A model generated the notes under the pieces. It made no database searches. It was not told the DNA's origin and saw nothing but the letters and a program-made list of their open reading frames with translations. This document shows positions 12,212 through 24,700 of a DNA stretch of 64,000 nt, one piece after another. The stretch's first letter is position 1. Each line of letters opens with the position of its first letter. Source of the DNA: Convolutriloba macropyga (lineage: Eukaryota); the NCBI RefSeq assembly GCF_964194025.1, contig NC_134471.1, forward strand, positions 13,702,001 to 13,766,000, read 5' to 3'. A program made the position numbers and the translations under genes.

Positions 12212-13095
12212 TTAGGACCGTAGGTCTATATTTAATGACTCTATAACTTTATTATTAGATTCAAAGTCAAACTCGGATTTTAATAGTTCCTGTTCGTAGT
12301 ATTTACCTTCTATTATCTTTCCATTAATATCTTCTATTTTATATGTTGGTGGTTGAGTTTTTAGATATTCATTAACTTTAAACAATTCTCTCTTCCAATT
12401 AGAAGTGTAACCTTTAGAGAAGATATTACGTTTATCTGCATTTCTAACATAATCACCAACTTTAAATTTTGGTGTTGCTTTGGTAGATTTAATCTGCGAC
12501 GCAGTTTCACTGATATAGTATTTAAACTTATCGGGATTATTAGAAGCATCAACTGGTGTGGTATTAATTGTTGAATGAATGTTTTTGTTATATGTTATGA
12601 CTGCATCATTTAGTATATTTACCCAATTACCATCGCCAATGATTAACATTGGTTTATTTATTGTGTGTAATATTGTTCTATTAAATCTCTCTATAAATAC
12701 AGCCTTTGAGTCGCTATAAGTAGAATGTAGTTTTCTTTCATATTCTTTAAGTAAAGATTTAAATGTTTTATTGTAAAACTCACTACCTCTATCTACCCAT
12801 AACTTTTCTGGTTTTCTGCTTTCACCTAATACTGTTTTAAAAATATTATTTATAGATAAACATGATTTTTTCTTTTATGGAATAGCCCATGCTTATTTTG
12901 TGAATATATCTATAACAGTTAATATAAACTTATAATTATTATTGTATTTACTTAGAGATAACTTATCAATTAAATCAGCTGACCATGTTTCATCTTTATA
13001 TAATGGTATTATTCTTTCGCTTCTAAATTTGTTATTTGAGGACTGAATACTTCTTTTGCTAATAGTTGCTGTTGTTGTTGTTGTTTTTCAATCAT
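12212..13095 (-). pseudogene. Polinton retroviral-like (DDE) integrase
   Basis: WSADL..LTVIDIFTK..LWVDRGSEFYN..IERFNRT..YNKNIHSTI..FKVGDYVR..FSKGYTSNW..YYEQEL; stops in the N-terminal half. Confidence 0.92.
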
Positions 13096-13098
13096 TAG

Positions 13099-14107
13099 TT
13101 ATTTACCATAGTTAAGAACAAAATTATCTAGTTGCTCTTGATTAATATTATTCATAGATAACAGTTGCTTAGATACATCTAGCATTTCATCATATAATCC
13201 ATCATGACCAGCTTTTGTTTCTAGTATTAATAATTCTAATCTTTCTATTAAACTATTTGGATCTGCGATCAGACTCCGTCTATGGTTATCCAATGAACAT
13301 TGTTCGTGGGAAGCCAAGCAGTTTCCCTGATCGGGAGTGCTAATTAATCCACTACCATATATATCATCTTTCACCCCTATTATACGTTTTATTGCTCTAT
13401 ATCCAGCATTTTTCTTATCCCCTTTTCCTAAATCATATCCAATATTAAATAAAAACCATTTAATTTTGTTTTCATCTTCCTCGATTTCACCATATTTTCG
13501 ATTTGGGTTAGTAAGAAAGTTTATAAACACATCTGAAAATTCATATATATTATCCTTAACAATAAATGCATTTTCTTGATAAATTATTTTAACACCATTC
13601 ATTTCAAATTTAGCGATATCTAAATTTCCGAACTTTAACTTTAATTGAGTTTAGATTGAACTGATCAAACTGTTCAGATTAAATTAATAATTTGAGCTGT
13701 GTCTTTATCTACTAAAAGTCCTGGTTTATCTCCAGCTCCCTCTACAGTTTTGCCATTGGACTTCATTAAAATTTCATTAAACTGGGAGCCAGCTTGCTAG
13801 ATCATCTTAGTTTTTTATCTAACTCTTAATTTTGCCAATCTATTGCCCTTAATGTTTGTTCAATTAATACTAGATTGTGTTCACTGTTCGCATATAAAGT
13901 TTTAGTTAAAGGATCAAAATCTTTAATATTATTTATCAGCGGAGCTGGTTCCCAGATTAAGGCTTCCAATGATTCTTTACTTACATCTAGCCCTAATTTT
14001 ACTATTAGCTCTAAAGTTGTATTATTAATCAGGAAACCTGCTTGGCTTGCCACAGATGAAGTCCGTTCGCAGATTTTATTTAGTAGATCTCTTTTGAAAA
14101 GATACAT
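13099..14107 (-). pseudogene. Conserved Polinton hypothetical protein (C-terminal DPNxLxxRL motif)
   Basis: DPNSLIERLELLILETKAGHDGLYDEM motif typical of Polinton ORFs; split into ORFs 13826-14107 and 13099-13602; the 5' part may be a pPolB C-terminal extension. Confidence 0.55.
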
Positions 14108-14115
14108 GTTTTCAT

Positions 14116-17100
14116 CTAGGGGATAATTTTTATATTATTTACATAAAGTCTTTTATCATCAAAATTACTTAAACTTCTTTTACTTATCTTAATTGTGATC
14201 ATACAACTTCCTACTTTTTGAATCGTGCTTTCCTCTACTATCCTTTCCTTATTATCTTTTAGAGCTCTATAATATTCGTTGTGCTTCCCATTACTTTCTT
14301 TCTTTATTCCTTTCTCTTTTGCCCCATAGTTCTTTATACTATGTTTTGGGTTTCAATACCACGAATTCTTCTATAGCCTTACTACCTAATTCGTGTTTGA
14401 ATTTGCCCGGTACCTTATTATTACTTTTTATTGGTTTATCTAGATTACTCAGATCCATGTGCTCATTGTCGACATTGCCCTCGCTAAAACTTACCACGAA
14501 GCCATCCGTATCCATGTAACATTAGATTTTTAAGCGAGGGATTTAATACAATGTAAAAGAATTTATACATATAAAGCTTACTGAGCTCTAGTACTGTAGA
14601 TCCTAAATAAATTGGCTTATCATATTGTATTTCGTTTTTATAGAATTCTATTAGAGTATAGTTTTCATATCTAATTACATCTTTACATGTTGGTTTACTA
14701 ACAGCTTTAAGTATTTCATAATCATCGGTTAGAATCTTAGCTTCTAGATACTTTAATGGATTCTCACCAATTTTACCAAACAATGAATTATTTATTAACT
14801 TAAATATATCTTTCTCAGGTTCAGTTTTAGCTTCAGCTCTCATTTTAGTATTAATCTCAATGTAATCTCTAATTATATAAACTTGTTTAAATTTAATTAT
14901 TCTATGGACTTTAGTAACCTTTATACCCATTTTAACAACAAACTTTAATATCCGAAAGTGTATTGGGTATCCATATTTATTATTATGGTCTAATATTATT
15001 TTCTTGCTTTTTGATGAAGTTGAGGGTCTTTGTTTGTATCCCAGATCAATATTCTCTACTTCTCTTCCATGGGGTAGTAGTTGAAAGTTTCTAGTTCTCT
15101 CTTTACATTCATTAGTATATTCTAAATCACAGATAAGCCAATAGCCATAATCACTATAATTTGAAGTATGTAACACTTCATCCAGAGTTGTATTGGAGTA
15201 CTCAAAATCTTTATATGGTAGCGTTTGCATTAGTGCATAACCGTAAAAGTTATTGGCATCGATGTACCAGATAGACTTTCCGTCATGCTCTGCCATCTGC
15301 GAAGCAGGTTCCCTGATGGATCTTTGACTCTGACTCTTATTCTGACTTCTAATATACCTATCACCCATAACACCACATATGCCGCCTCTCATTTAACTAA
15401 TGAAGTCTTTTAGTATTTGCTCATCTTGTATTGTGTCTAATTCAACTTTACTTAGTTTAAGGAAACAATCCAAGCTGTAGCTTGGTAGACTAATATAATG
15501 TAGAGGATTGAGTTTATATGTATTCATGTTTAACTTAACAAATAGATTGAAGCAATGTCCTAATATGATTATATCTTTTTCCATATATTCTAATGTTAAT
15601 TCTTTACCTGTTTTATTACTATTAGAAATATTGAAATCATCTACTTCATCTTGAGTTGGTAACTTCGTTGTTGGTGATTATCTAATGTCTTGAATTGATA
15701 GATTACCTAGTTTATTATTATAGCTTTTCTCATCCTTAAAGTATTCATAAGGATATAATGTTTTTTTTATGTTGTAAACCTGTGCTGTTTTATCAAGAGA
15801 CATTGTCAAGACAATGTAACTATCTATAAACTATAATATGCGTACTCTAAACATTCTAGCTTTGCCATTAGTACTAGGCAAGATATCAATTCTTCTCCTG
15901 CTATTATTTTGTTTAAATATCTCATTAAATAATAGATTGAAGTCATAGCCTTTTCCATTATGAAATATTACTGGAATGAAGTTTTGATGTTTATAGTTTA
16001 AATTACGAATATTACATTCTGGGCCTCTATATCTACCTGTTTGCTGACAGTGTTCTCTAACTTTATTAAAACTGTTTTTATTACAAAAGTGACATATATC
16101 ATTAGCATCATGATACAATTTATCTTCTTCTGTGAATAGCATTGCTTTGTTTATCTTAATACTATGTTTTGTTTCTATTTCTAATAAATCTCTAACATAA
16201 TCTTTGATGCAGTCTGGACCAAAGTATGATCTGTTAAGTACTTCATCTTTGCTAAGCACTTCATCTTTGCTATGCCAACTGTAGCCAATAGCAATAAGTA
16301 CATGTTCAGATATCTTATATGTATTGCTAGCAATCTTTTCATCTTTTTTTTGTCATGTAGCATTCAATATCCTTAAATATAACATTATTCACTTCTTGTT
16401 GTTTATGTTGATTCTTGAAATTAATTTGTTTCAACTTAGGACAAACAATCTTTCGTTTGATTTGGACACAGCATTCATGACTTTCATATTTATGTTGAGA
16501 ACTAAACCAATAGGTACAATTATAACAAAACCAGAACTTGGCATGTTTGATGTTAGGTCTTTCTAGTAATAATTCTACATTTTTAATTAGGGCACAGTGT
16601 TCTTCCCTGACTAGGATTCTAACATTTTGTCTATCTTTTACAAAGTTAGAACATTTCTCTAAGCGTTCTACTTTGGCTATGTTACTATCTTGAGCAGGCC
16701 TGTAAAACCAAATGTTGGTATTATATTTATTTTTGATTTTTGTTATATAATCATATGCAGTTTCATTATATTCCCAGTCATCGACTAGATTATTAATATA
16801 CTTATTTTTTCTAGTTGCTTGTTCAGTTACAGGACGCAATCCAGCTGTAATACATAATCGTAGACAGTTAAATTTATTACTTCTAATATTTAAAATCGCT
16901 TTTGGTTTATCTCTTAGACCTGTTGGCAGTTCAGTATAAGATCCTAATGATGGTTTAGTCCTTTCTATCTTTATTTGCATGTCTGTTATTCCAATAAACT
17001 CATAATCGTGGCCGTAACCCTCATACGTTTCTCTAACATGATCAAGCCATTGATTTGAATTCAGTCGATGATCTTTATCCATATATCATCGGTTCCAAAG

Positions 17101-17669
17101 TTTATAATAGTAGTCTTTTCTTCTTCTTAGTCTCTCTTCCTATAGAAGCAATTGGCAGTAACTTTATATTTATATGATTTAAATGGTTCAAACTCGTCTA
17201 ATATGTAATCTACTGGTTCATTAATATCTTTGATAAAACTACCATTAGGTTTAGTAATATATAACTGCCTTTGATTAAAACTTGATTTAATGTTATAATT
17301 ATCGTTTAAGACAACGTTTTCTCTCGAGTGTTTATTCATGTGAGTTTGTAGACCTATCTGATTTTTAAACTTGTCGCCACAAACCCAGCATGGTTCAGTT
17401 TTCGTTTCAATTTCAATTTCAGTTTTAATAATATCCTTAGTTTTAAAGTTATCCTTAGTTTTGGTCTTGGTTTTAAAAATATAATCATTTTCATCTGAGT
17501 TATACACCTTCTCCAAGATTTCTTCTTCTTCAGACTCAAACATTTTCTCCAATAGTTCCTTAGGTTTGAGATCGTATCATTGATACCTGTATAAATTCTT
17601 CTTTGATTCAAAGGATAAATTTCAGACATCGCAGAAGTTTATGACACTAGTATTAGTTGATTGAGACAT
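14116..17669 (-). pseudogene. Protein-primed family B DNA polymerase, copy 1 (full span)
   Basis: N-terminal C2H2 fingers, OTU-like NCLRLCI/EHCALIK, exonuclease DIEC and FHNGKGYD, Endo VII-like C..C..VREHC..TGRYRG, pol motifs YIDANNFYG, KLINNSLFGK, DTDG, KGI, FDDKR. Confidence 0.93.
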
Positions 17670-17949
17670 GATGTATTTATTTAGGGAAAATGTTGGAAAA
17701 AATAATTTTTCGAAAGTGAAAAATGAAGTGAGATAAGTGTAAAAATAAGTCATGGAAAGAATGTTGTAATAATTGTAAAGAATTAGAATATTCTTGTTGT
17801 GTTCATATTTTTACATACACAACAAGAATATTCTAATTTTTTCTAATTATTACAACATTCTTTCCATGACTTATTTTTACACTTATAACACTTCATTTTT
17901 CACTTTCGAAAATTTATTTTTTCTAACATTTTCGCTAAATAAATACATC

Positions 17950-20900
17950 ATGTCTCAATCAACTAATACTAGTGTCATAAACTTCTGTGATGCCTGTAAT
18001 TTATCTTTTGAATCAAAGAAGACTTTATACAGGTATCAATCATACGATGTCAAACATAATGAACTATTGGAGAAAATGTTTGAGTCTGAAGAAGAAGAAA
18101 TCTTGGAGAAGGTGTATAATTCAGATGCAGATGATTATATTATTAAAACTAAGACCAAAACTAAGGATATTATTAAAACTAAGGATATTATTAAAACTGA
18201 ATTGGAAACTGAAACTAAAACTGAACCATGCTGGGTTTGTGGCGACAAGTTTAAAAATCAGATAGGTCCACAAACTCACATGAATTAACACCGGAGAGAA
18301 AACGTTGTCTTAAACGATAATTATAACATTAAATCAAGTTTTAATCAAAGGCAGTTATATATTACTAAATCTAATGGTAATTTTATCAAAGATATTAATG
18401 AATCAGTAGATTACATATTAGATGAGGTTAAACCATTTAAATCATATAAATATAAAGTTACTGCCAATTGCTTATATAAGAAGAGAGACTAAGAAGAAGA
18501 AAAGACTACTAATATAAACTTTAGAACCAATGAATATATGGATAAAGATCATTGACTGAATCCAAACCAATGGCTTGATCATGTTAGAGAAAAGTATGAG
18601 GGTTACGTCCACAATTATGAGTTTATTGGAATAACAGACATGCAAATAAATATAGAAAGGACTAAACCATCAATAGAATCTTATACTGAACTGCCACCAG
18701 TTCTAAGAGATAAAACAAAAGCGATTTTAAATATTAGAAGTAATAAATTTAACTGTCTGCGATTATGTATTACAGCTGCATTGCGTCCTGTAACTGAACA
18801 TGCAACTAGAGAAAATAAGTATATTAATAATCTAGTCGATGACTGGGAATATAATGAAACTGCATATGATTATATAACAAAAATCCAAAAAAAATATATT
18901 ATCAATATTTGGTTTTACAGGCCTGCTCAAGAAAGTAACATAGCCAAAGAAGAACAAAATAGACAAAATGTTAGGACCCTAGTCAGGGACGAACACTGAC
19001 TGTGCCCTAATTAAAAATGTAGAAATATTACTAGAAAGACCTAACACCAAACATGCCAAGTTCTGGTTTTGTCATAATTGTACCTATTGGTTTAGTTCTC
19101 AAAATAAATATGAAAGTCATGAATGCTGTGTCCAAATCAAACCAAAGATTGTTTGTCCTAAGTTGAAACAAATTAAATTCAAGAATCAACATAAACAACA
19201 AGAAGTGAATAATGTTATATTTAGTGATATTGAATGCTACATGAAGGAAACAGATGAAAAGATTGCTAGCGATACATATAAGATGGCATAGCAAAAATGA
19301 AGTGCTTAGCAAAGATGAAGTACATAACAGATCATACTTTGGTCCAGACTGCATCAAAGATTATGTTAAAGATTTATTAGAAATAGAAAAAAAAACATAG
19401 TATTAAGATAAACAAAGCAATGCTATTAACAGAAGAAGATAAATTGTATCATGATGCTAATGATCTATGTCACATTTGTAATAAAAACTGTGTTAATAAA
19501 GTTAGAGATCACTGTCAGCAAACAGGTAGATATAGAGGCCCAGCATGTAATATTTGTAATTTAAACTATAAACATCGAAACTTCATTCCAGTAATATTTC
19601 ATAATGGAAAAGGCTATGACTTCAATCTATTATTTAATGAAATATTTAAACAGAAGAATAGCAGGAGAAGAATTTATATCTTGCCTTGTACTAATGGCAA
19701 AGCTAGAATGTTTAGAGTAGGCGTATTATAGTTTATAGATAGTTACATTGTCTTGACAATGTCTCTTGATAAAATAGGAAATGTTTACAACATAAAAAAT
19801 AAAACATTTTATCCTTATGAATACTTTAAGGATGGGAATAGCCATAATAATAAACTAGGTAATCTATCAATTCAAGACTTTAGATCATCACTAACAACTA
19901 AGTTACCAACTCAAGATGAAGTAGATGATTTTAATATTTCTAATAGTAATAAAACAGGTAAAGAATTAACATTAGAATATATGGAAAATGATATATTCAT
20001 ATTAGGACATTGCTTCAGTCTATTTGTTAAGTTAAACATGAATACATATAATCTCAATCCTCTACATTATATTAGTCTACCAAGCTACAGCTTGGATTGT
20101 TTCCTTAAACTAAGCAAAGTTGAATTAGACACAATACAAGATGAGCAAATACTAAAAGACTTCATTAGTTAAATGAGAGTTGGCATATGTGGTGTTATGG
20201 GTGATAGGTATATTAGAAGTCAGAGTCAGAGTCAGAGTCAAAGATCCATCAGGGAACCTGCTTCGCAGATGGCAGAGCATGACGGAAAGTCTATCTGGTA
20301 CATCGATGCCAATAACTTATACGGTTATGCACTAATGCAAACGCTGCCATATAAAGATTTTGAGTACTCCAATACAACTCTGGATGAAGTGTTAAATACT
20401 TCAGATGATAGTGATTAAGGCTATTGGCTTATCTGTGATTTAGAATATACTAATGAATGTAAAGAGAGAACTAGCAACTTTCAACTACTACCCCATGGAA
20501 GAGAAGTAGAGAATATTGATCTGGGATACAAACAAAGACCCTCAACTCTATCAAAAAGCAAGAAACTAATATTAGACCATAATAATAAATATGGATACCC
20601 AATAAACTGTCGGATGTTAAAGTTTGTTGTTAAGATGGGTATAAAGGTTACTAAAGTCCATAGAATAATTAAATTTAAACAAGTTTGTATAATTAGAGAC
20701 TACAATGATCTTAATACTAAAATGAGAGCTGAAGCTAAAACTGAACCTGAAAAAGATATATTTAAGTTAATGAATATTTGATTGTTTGGTAAAAGTTGTG
20801 AGAATCCATTAAAGTATCTAGAAGCTAAGATTCTAACCGATGATTATGAAATACTTAAAGCTGTTAGAAAACCAACATGTAAAGATGTAATTAGATATGA

Positions 20901-21136
20901 AAACTATACTCTAATAGAATTCTATAAAAAGGAAATACAATATGATAAGCCAATTTATTTAGGATCTACAGTACTAGAGCTCAATAAGCTTCAGATGTAA
21001 AAATTCTTTTATAATGTTTTAAATCCCTCGCTTAAAGATCTAATGTTACACTACATGGATACGGGTAGCTTCGTGATAAGTTTTAGCGATGGCAATGTCG
21101 ACAATGAGCACATGGATCTGAGTAGTCTAGATAAAC
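17950..21136 (+). pseudogene. Protein-primed family B DNA polymerase, copy 2 (3'-truncated mirror image)
   Basis: Reverse complement of about 14440-17669; YIDANNLYG, YMDTGS; breaks off at about 21136. Confidence 0.92.
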
Positions 21137-21316
21137 AAATTCTTTGGTTTGCGCAGAGTGAAATTGTCATCTTGCAGGTTAATTGTGATATTTAAATCCC
21201 GGATTTAAGATAAAATATGAAATTCGTTACCTTATGTATTTTAAAGAAAAAGTGACATTTAACTAAAATTAGTATTACTAATACAGAAGTTTCATTAATG
21301 CTCAAAGGATGTCAGC

Positions 21317-21653
21317 TGTTTATGCTTTTCGGCCTAAATCTTGCATACCAAGATAACTTTTCATTAATATTTGTATTTCTGAAATTCACAACCATGGTAG
21401 CAAGTCAAGCTCTATAAATACATCATAATTCGCGCCATTGGCACACAAGTTGTGCTTAAAAACGGGAAATCCCTTACTATAAATAATATTGAAAGTGAAT
21501 GTCAACCACTTCTGACTTCTTCAATAAAATCAACTTAAATAAATAGCTTTAATGGAAATAGGTTGGGGGAATGGAAATCAGGAAATGAATGGGTTTTGGA
21601 GGACGAAAGTGTAGGTGGTGGAGGAAAATATAAAGGAACTTGGTTCCTTTACA
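21317..21653 (-). repeat. 3' LTR of left Bel/Pao copy
   Basis: 337 bp, preceded on the element strand by CCGGGAG; matches 27638-27980 and 36575-36911. Confidence 0.92.
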
Positions 21654-21745
21654 CTCCCGGCAAGAAAAGGCAACATTTGAAATGAAAATGTAGACACAAT
21701 AAAATAAAGCACAAAAAAGTTTCTTTCTGATATTGAGTTTTTGTT

Positions 21746-21784
<39 letters not shown>

Positions 21785-24700
21785 CAATGATCTTGTTTAA
21801 GTGACCCTCCGGCGCACCTGACAATTGTGGGAATGCACAAGTTAAAGTTACTGCTGATCTCTGTACCATTCCCGTAGACCTCTGGATTTCGAAGCTTCGG
21901 CTATTCCGTCTGAACTTCTGTGTGCTCTCACAATCTTCCTGAGAGGCCAGATGCCTCTGGGTGTGAAGTCCTTGAGCACCCACACAATGTCACCCTCATC
22001 CAGCTCATCATTTGACCTTTGCCACTTCGTTCTCTTGTTGAGCTCGGGAATATATTCCTTCATCAACCTGTTCCAGTAGTGATCAAGTAGTGTCTGCGTC
22101 AACTTGAAATCCTTAGTGGAGAACCGCTGGTTGCTGTTCGCAAGAGGTTTCAAACACATGTGAGGTCTGCGAAGGCGGAAGTGATTCGGAGTAAGTGGTC
22201 CCTCATCTGAGATGCTGCAGCCCACATGAGTTAAAGGTCTGCAGTTCAAAATTGCCTTGGCCTCTGCCACAAATGTCTGGAAAACTGAGAGTGTTAGTTT
22301 CCGACTGCCCAGCACTGTTAGTAGACTCCTTTTCGCGGTCTGTGTCAGCCTCTCCCAGACTCCTCCGAAGTTTGGTGCCAATGGAGGGTTGAAAGTCCAC
22401 TGAATGTTCTGTTGAGCCAATTGCAGTCTGATGTAATCGTTGTCTGGCTTGCAGCTTCTCTGGAACTTAACACTCATTGCTTGGTTGGCTCCAATGAAGT
22501 TTTTGCCATTGTCACTCACAATCAGGTCAGGGTATCCACGTCATGATACAAATCTGAGGATGGTCATGAGAAGACAATCGGTTGAGAGGTCATGGCATAC
22601 TTCTAGGTGGACAGCTCTGGTGACCAGGCATGTGAACAAGCAGACGTAGTGCATCTGGGTGCCCTCTCTCTTGTCCTCAATCTAGACTGGTCCAAACATG
22701 TCCATTCTTGTGTTGACGAAGGGGTACTGCTTGTTTGCATCTGGAAATCTGAATTCAAGAGGATCGGCCATCTTCGGTCTCACATTGTCTGCCCTCCATC
22801 GTCTGCAAATAAAACAGTATTTCCCCAGACTTTGCAGCACTTTTCTCAATCCAATCATCAGGAAAATTTGTTGCAGGTGAGCCTTCACATGTTCAACGCC
22901 CTGATGGACACAGTCATGGTGCGCCTTTTCAATCAACAGTCTTGCCATTTTGCTCCTGCTATGGAGAACAAGAGGATGTTTCACACTGTAGGTAAGAGGT
23001 GCCTTGTTGAGTCTTCCTCCTGCCCTCAAGAGTCCGTCGTCATCTAGAAAGGGTGTGAAGGGCATCAGCTTGTCTCCTTTCTCAAGATTGTCTCCCTTCA
23101 ACAGTGCAGAAATTGTTCCTGAGAACAACTCGTTTGGGGACATTTTGATGAGGTAGTTCCTTGCCCTTTTCTCATCTGATGCAAGAATGTCATTGTTTGA
23201 GGTCTCAGGTGATTTGTTTTGTCTTCTAGTTCGGACTTTTTCTTGAAGCGTCTTATTGCCTGGAACAACATTCTAGTAGAGTTGAGTAGTCGACTCCATG
23301 TTGAAAATTTTTCAACCTCAATGACTGGCGTCTGAAGTTGTGTCGCTTGTGTAGCGCATATGTGGGGATCACTGTTTTCGGCAAAAACCCAGGAGTCTTG
23401 AGGTGTGCTCAGAAAGTCCGGTGGTTGAAGCCACGGCTTTGGTATGTCTGATGGGTTGAGGCGTCGTGTGCCGTGGTCAGCGGGATTCATCTTTCTAGGG
23501 ATGTGTCTCCAATTGTCCGGGTTGGAATTCTCGTGAATTTTGGTCCATCTGTTAGCAATATAAATCTTCTGTTTCTGCTTTGATTGAATTCATCCAAGTG
23601 TTGCGGTGCTGTCTGTCCAAAAGTGCTTTGAACTTATGGTTGTTGTCATCTCGCTCTCACAGAATCCAGCTAGCTCTGCTCCAAGTGTTGCCGCTTCCAA
23701 TTCCAGTTTTGGAATGCTCAGCTGCTTGATTGGCGCCACTTTTGTTTTACTGATCACATATCGTGATGTGGAAGATCCATCGGCTTTGGTTGTCCTCACA
23801 TAAACTATGGCAGCAATTGCACTCATTGAGGCGTCAGTGAACGTGCGTAGTTGATGGGTTCCATTGATGCTGGGAATCAAGCATCTTGGAATTTCGATTG
23901 AAGTCATGCTGTCGAAACCATCCATCCACTCCTGTAGTTCCTGTTGGTAGCATTTTGGCACAGGTTGATCCCCATTTTTTCCCTTTTTAATGATTCTTTG
24001 CAGAATGCATCTAATTCTGATGGCAAATGGTGAAATTATTCCGCCTGGATCGAACAGAGAAGCTGCCAATGATAGCACCTTTCTTTGAGTCATCTGTTGT
24101 CCTGTGTAGAGAAGCTTCGGTTCTGCAAACATCAACTTGTCAGTTTTGGGGTCCCACGCCTGACCAAGGATTCTTTGGGCTTTCATCTCCGCCTTGTCTT
24201 TCTCCAGTAGGTTATCTAATGCGGCTGGTCTGTTGCTCAGGAACTTTGTCAGATTGAATCCTCCTGTATGCAAAACAGTTTTGATCTCATCTGCACTTCT
24301 GCGGGCCTCCTCCTCAGAAGGTTAAGTCTGCATGAAATCATCCATGTAGAACTGCTGCATGATTGATGGGTAGGCTGGATGTTCTTGTTTGTAGTCATTT
24401 GCACACTTCTGCAGAACAAAAATTGCACAAGAAGGTGAGCATGTGGCTCCAAAAATGAGTCGATTGCATTTGAAGACAATTTCATTGCCATTTTGTGTCT
24501 ACAGAAAACGGATATAGTCCTGGTCTTGTGATTGGATGCCAATCTGCATAAACAATGCCTCGATGTCAGCTGTGATTGCCACTGAGTACTGTCTGAAGCG
24601 GAGAAGAAGGCCATGCAGGTTGCAGAGTAGATCCGGCCCTGTCAGCAGTGCATCATTTAGTGAGGTACCCTTATATTTGGAAGCAGCCTTTAAGACTCTG

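Larger units (their letters stand above)
1..21136. mobile_element. Degenerate, rearranged Polinton/Maverick (adintovirus-like) provirus, internal region
   Basis: AT-rich block with the hallmark gene set: pPolB, retroviral-type integrase, A32-like ATPase, adenain protease motif, major and minor capsid. Many stops and frameshifts; continues beyond the left edge. Confidence 0.93.

Noticed and set aside
14116-21136. Active Polinton, stop-codon readthrough or alternative genetic code
   Set aside because: All three stop types and many frameshifts occur at scattered positions, consistent with neutral decay.
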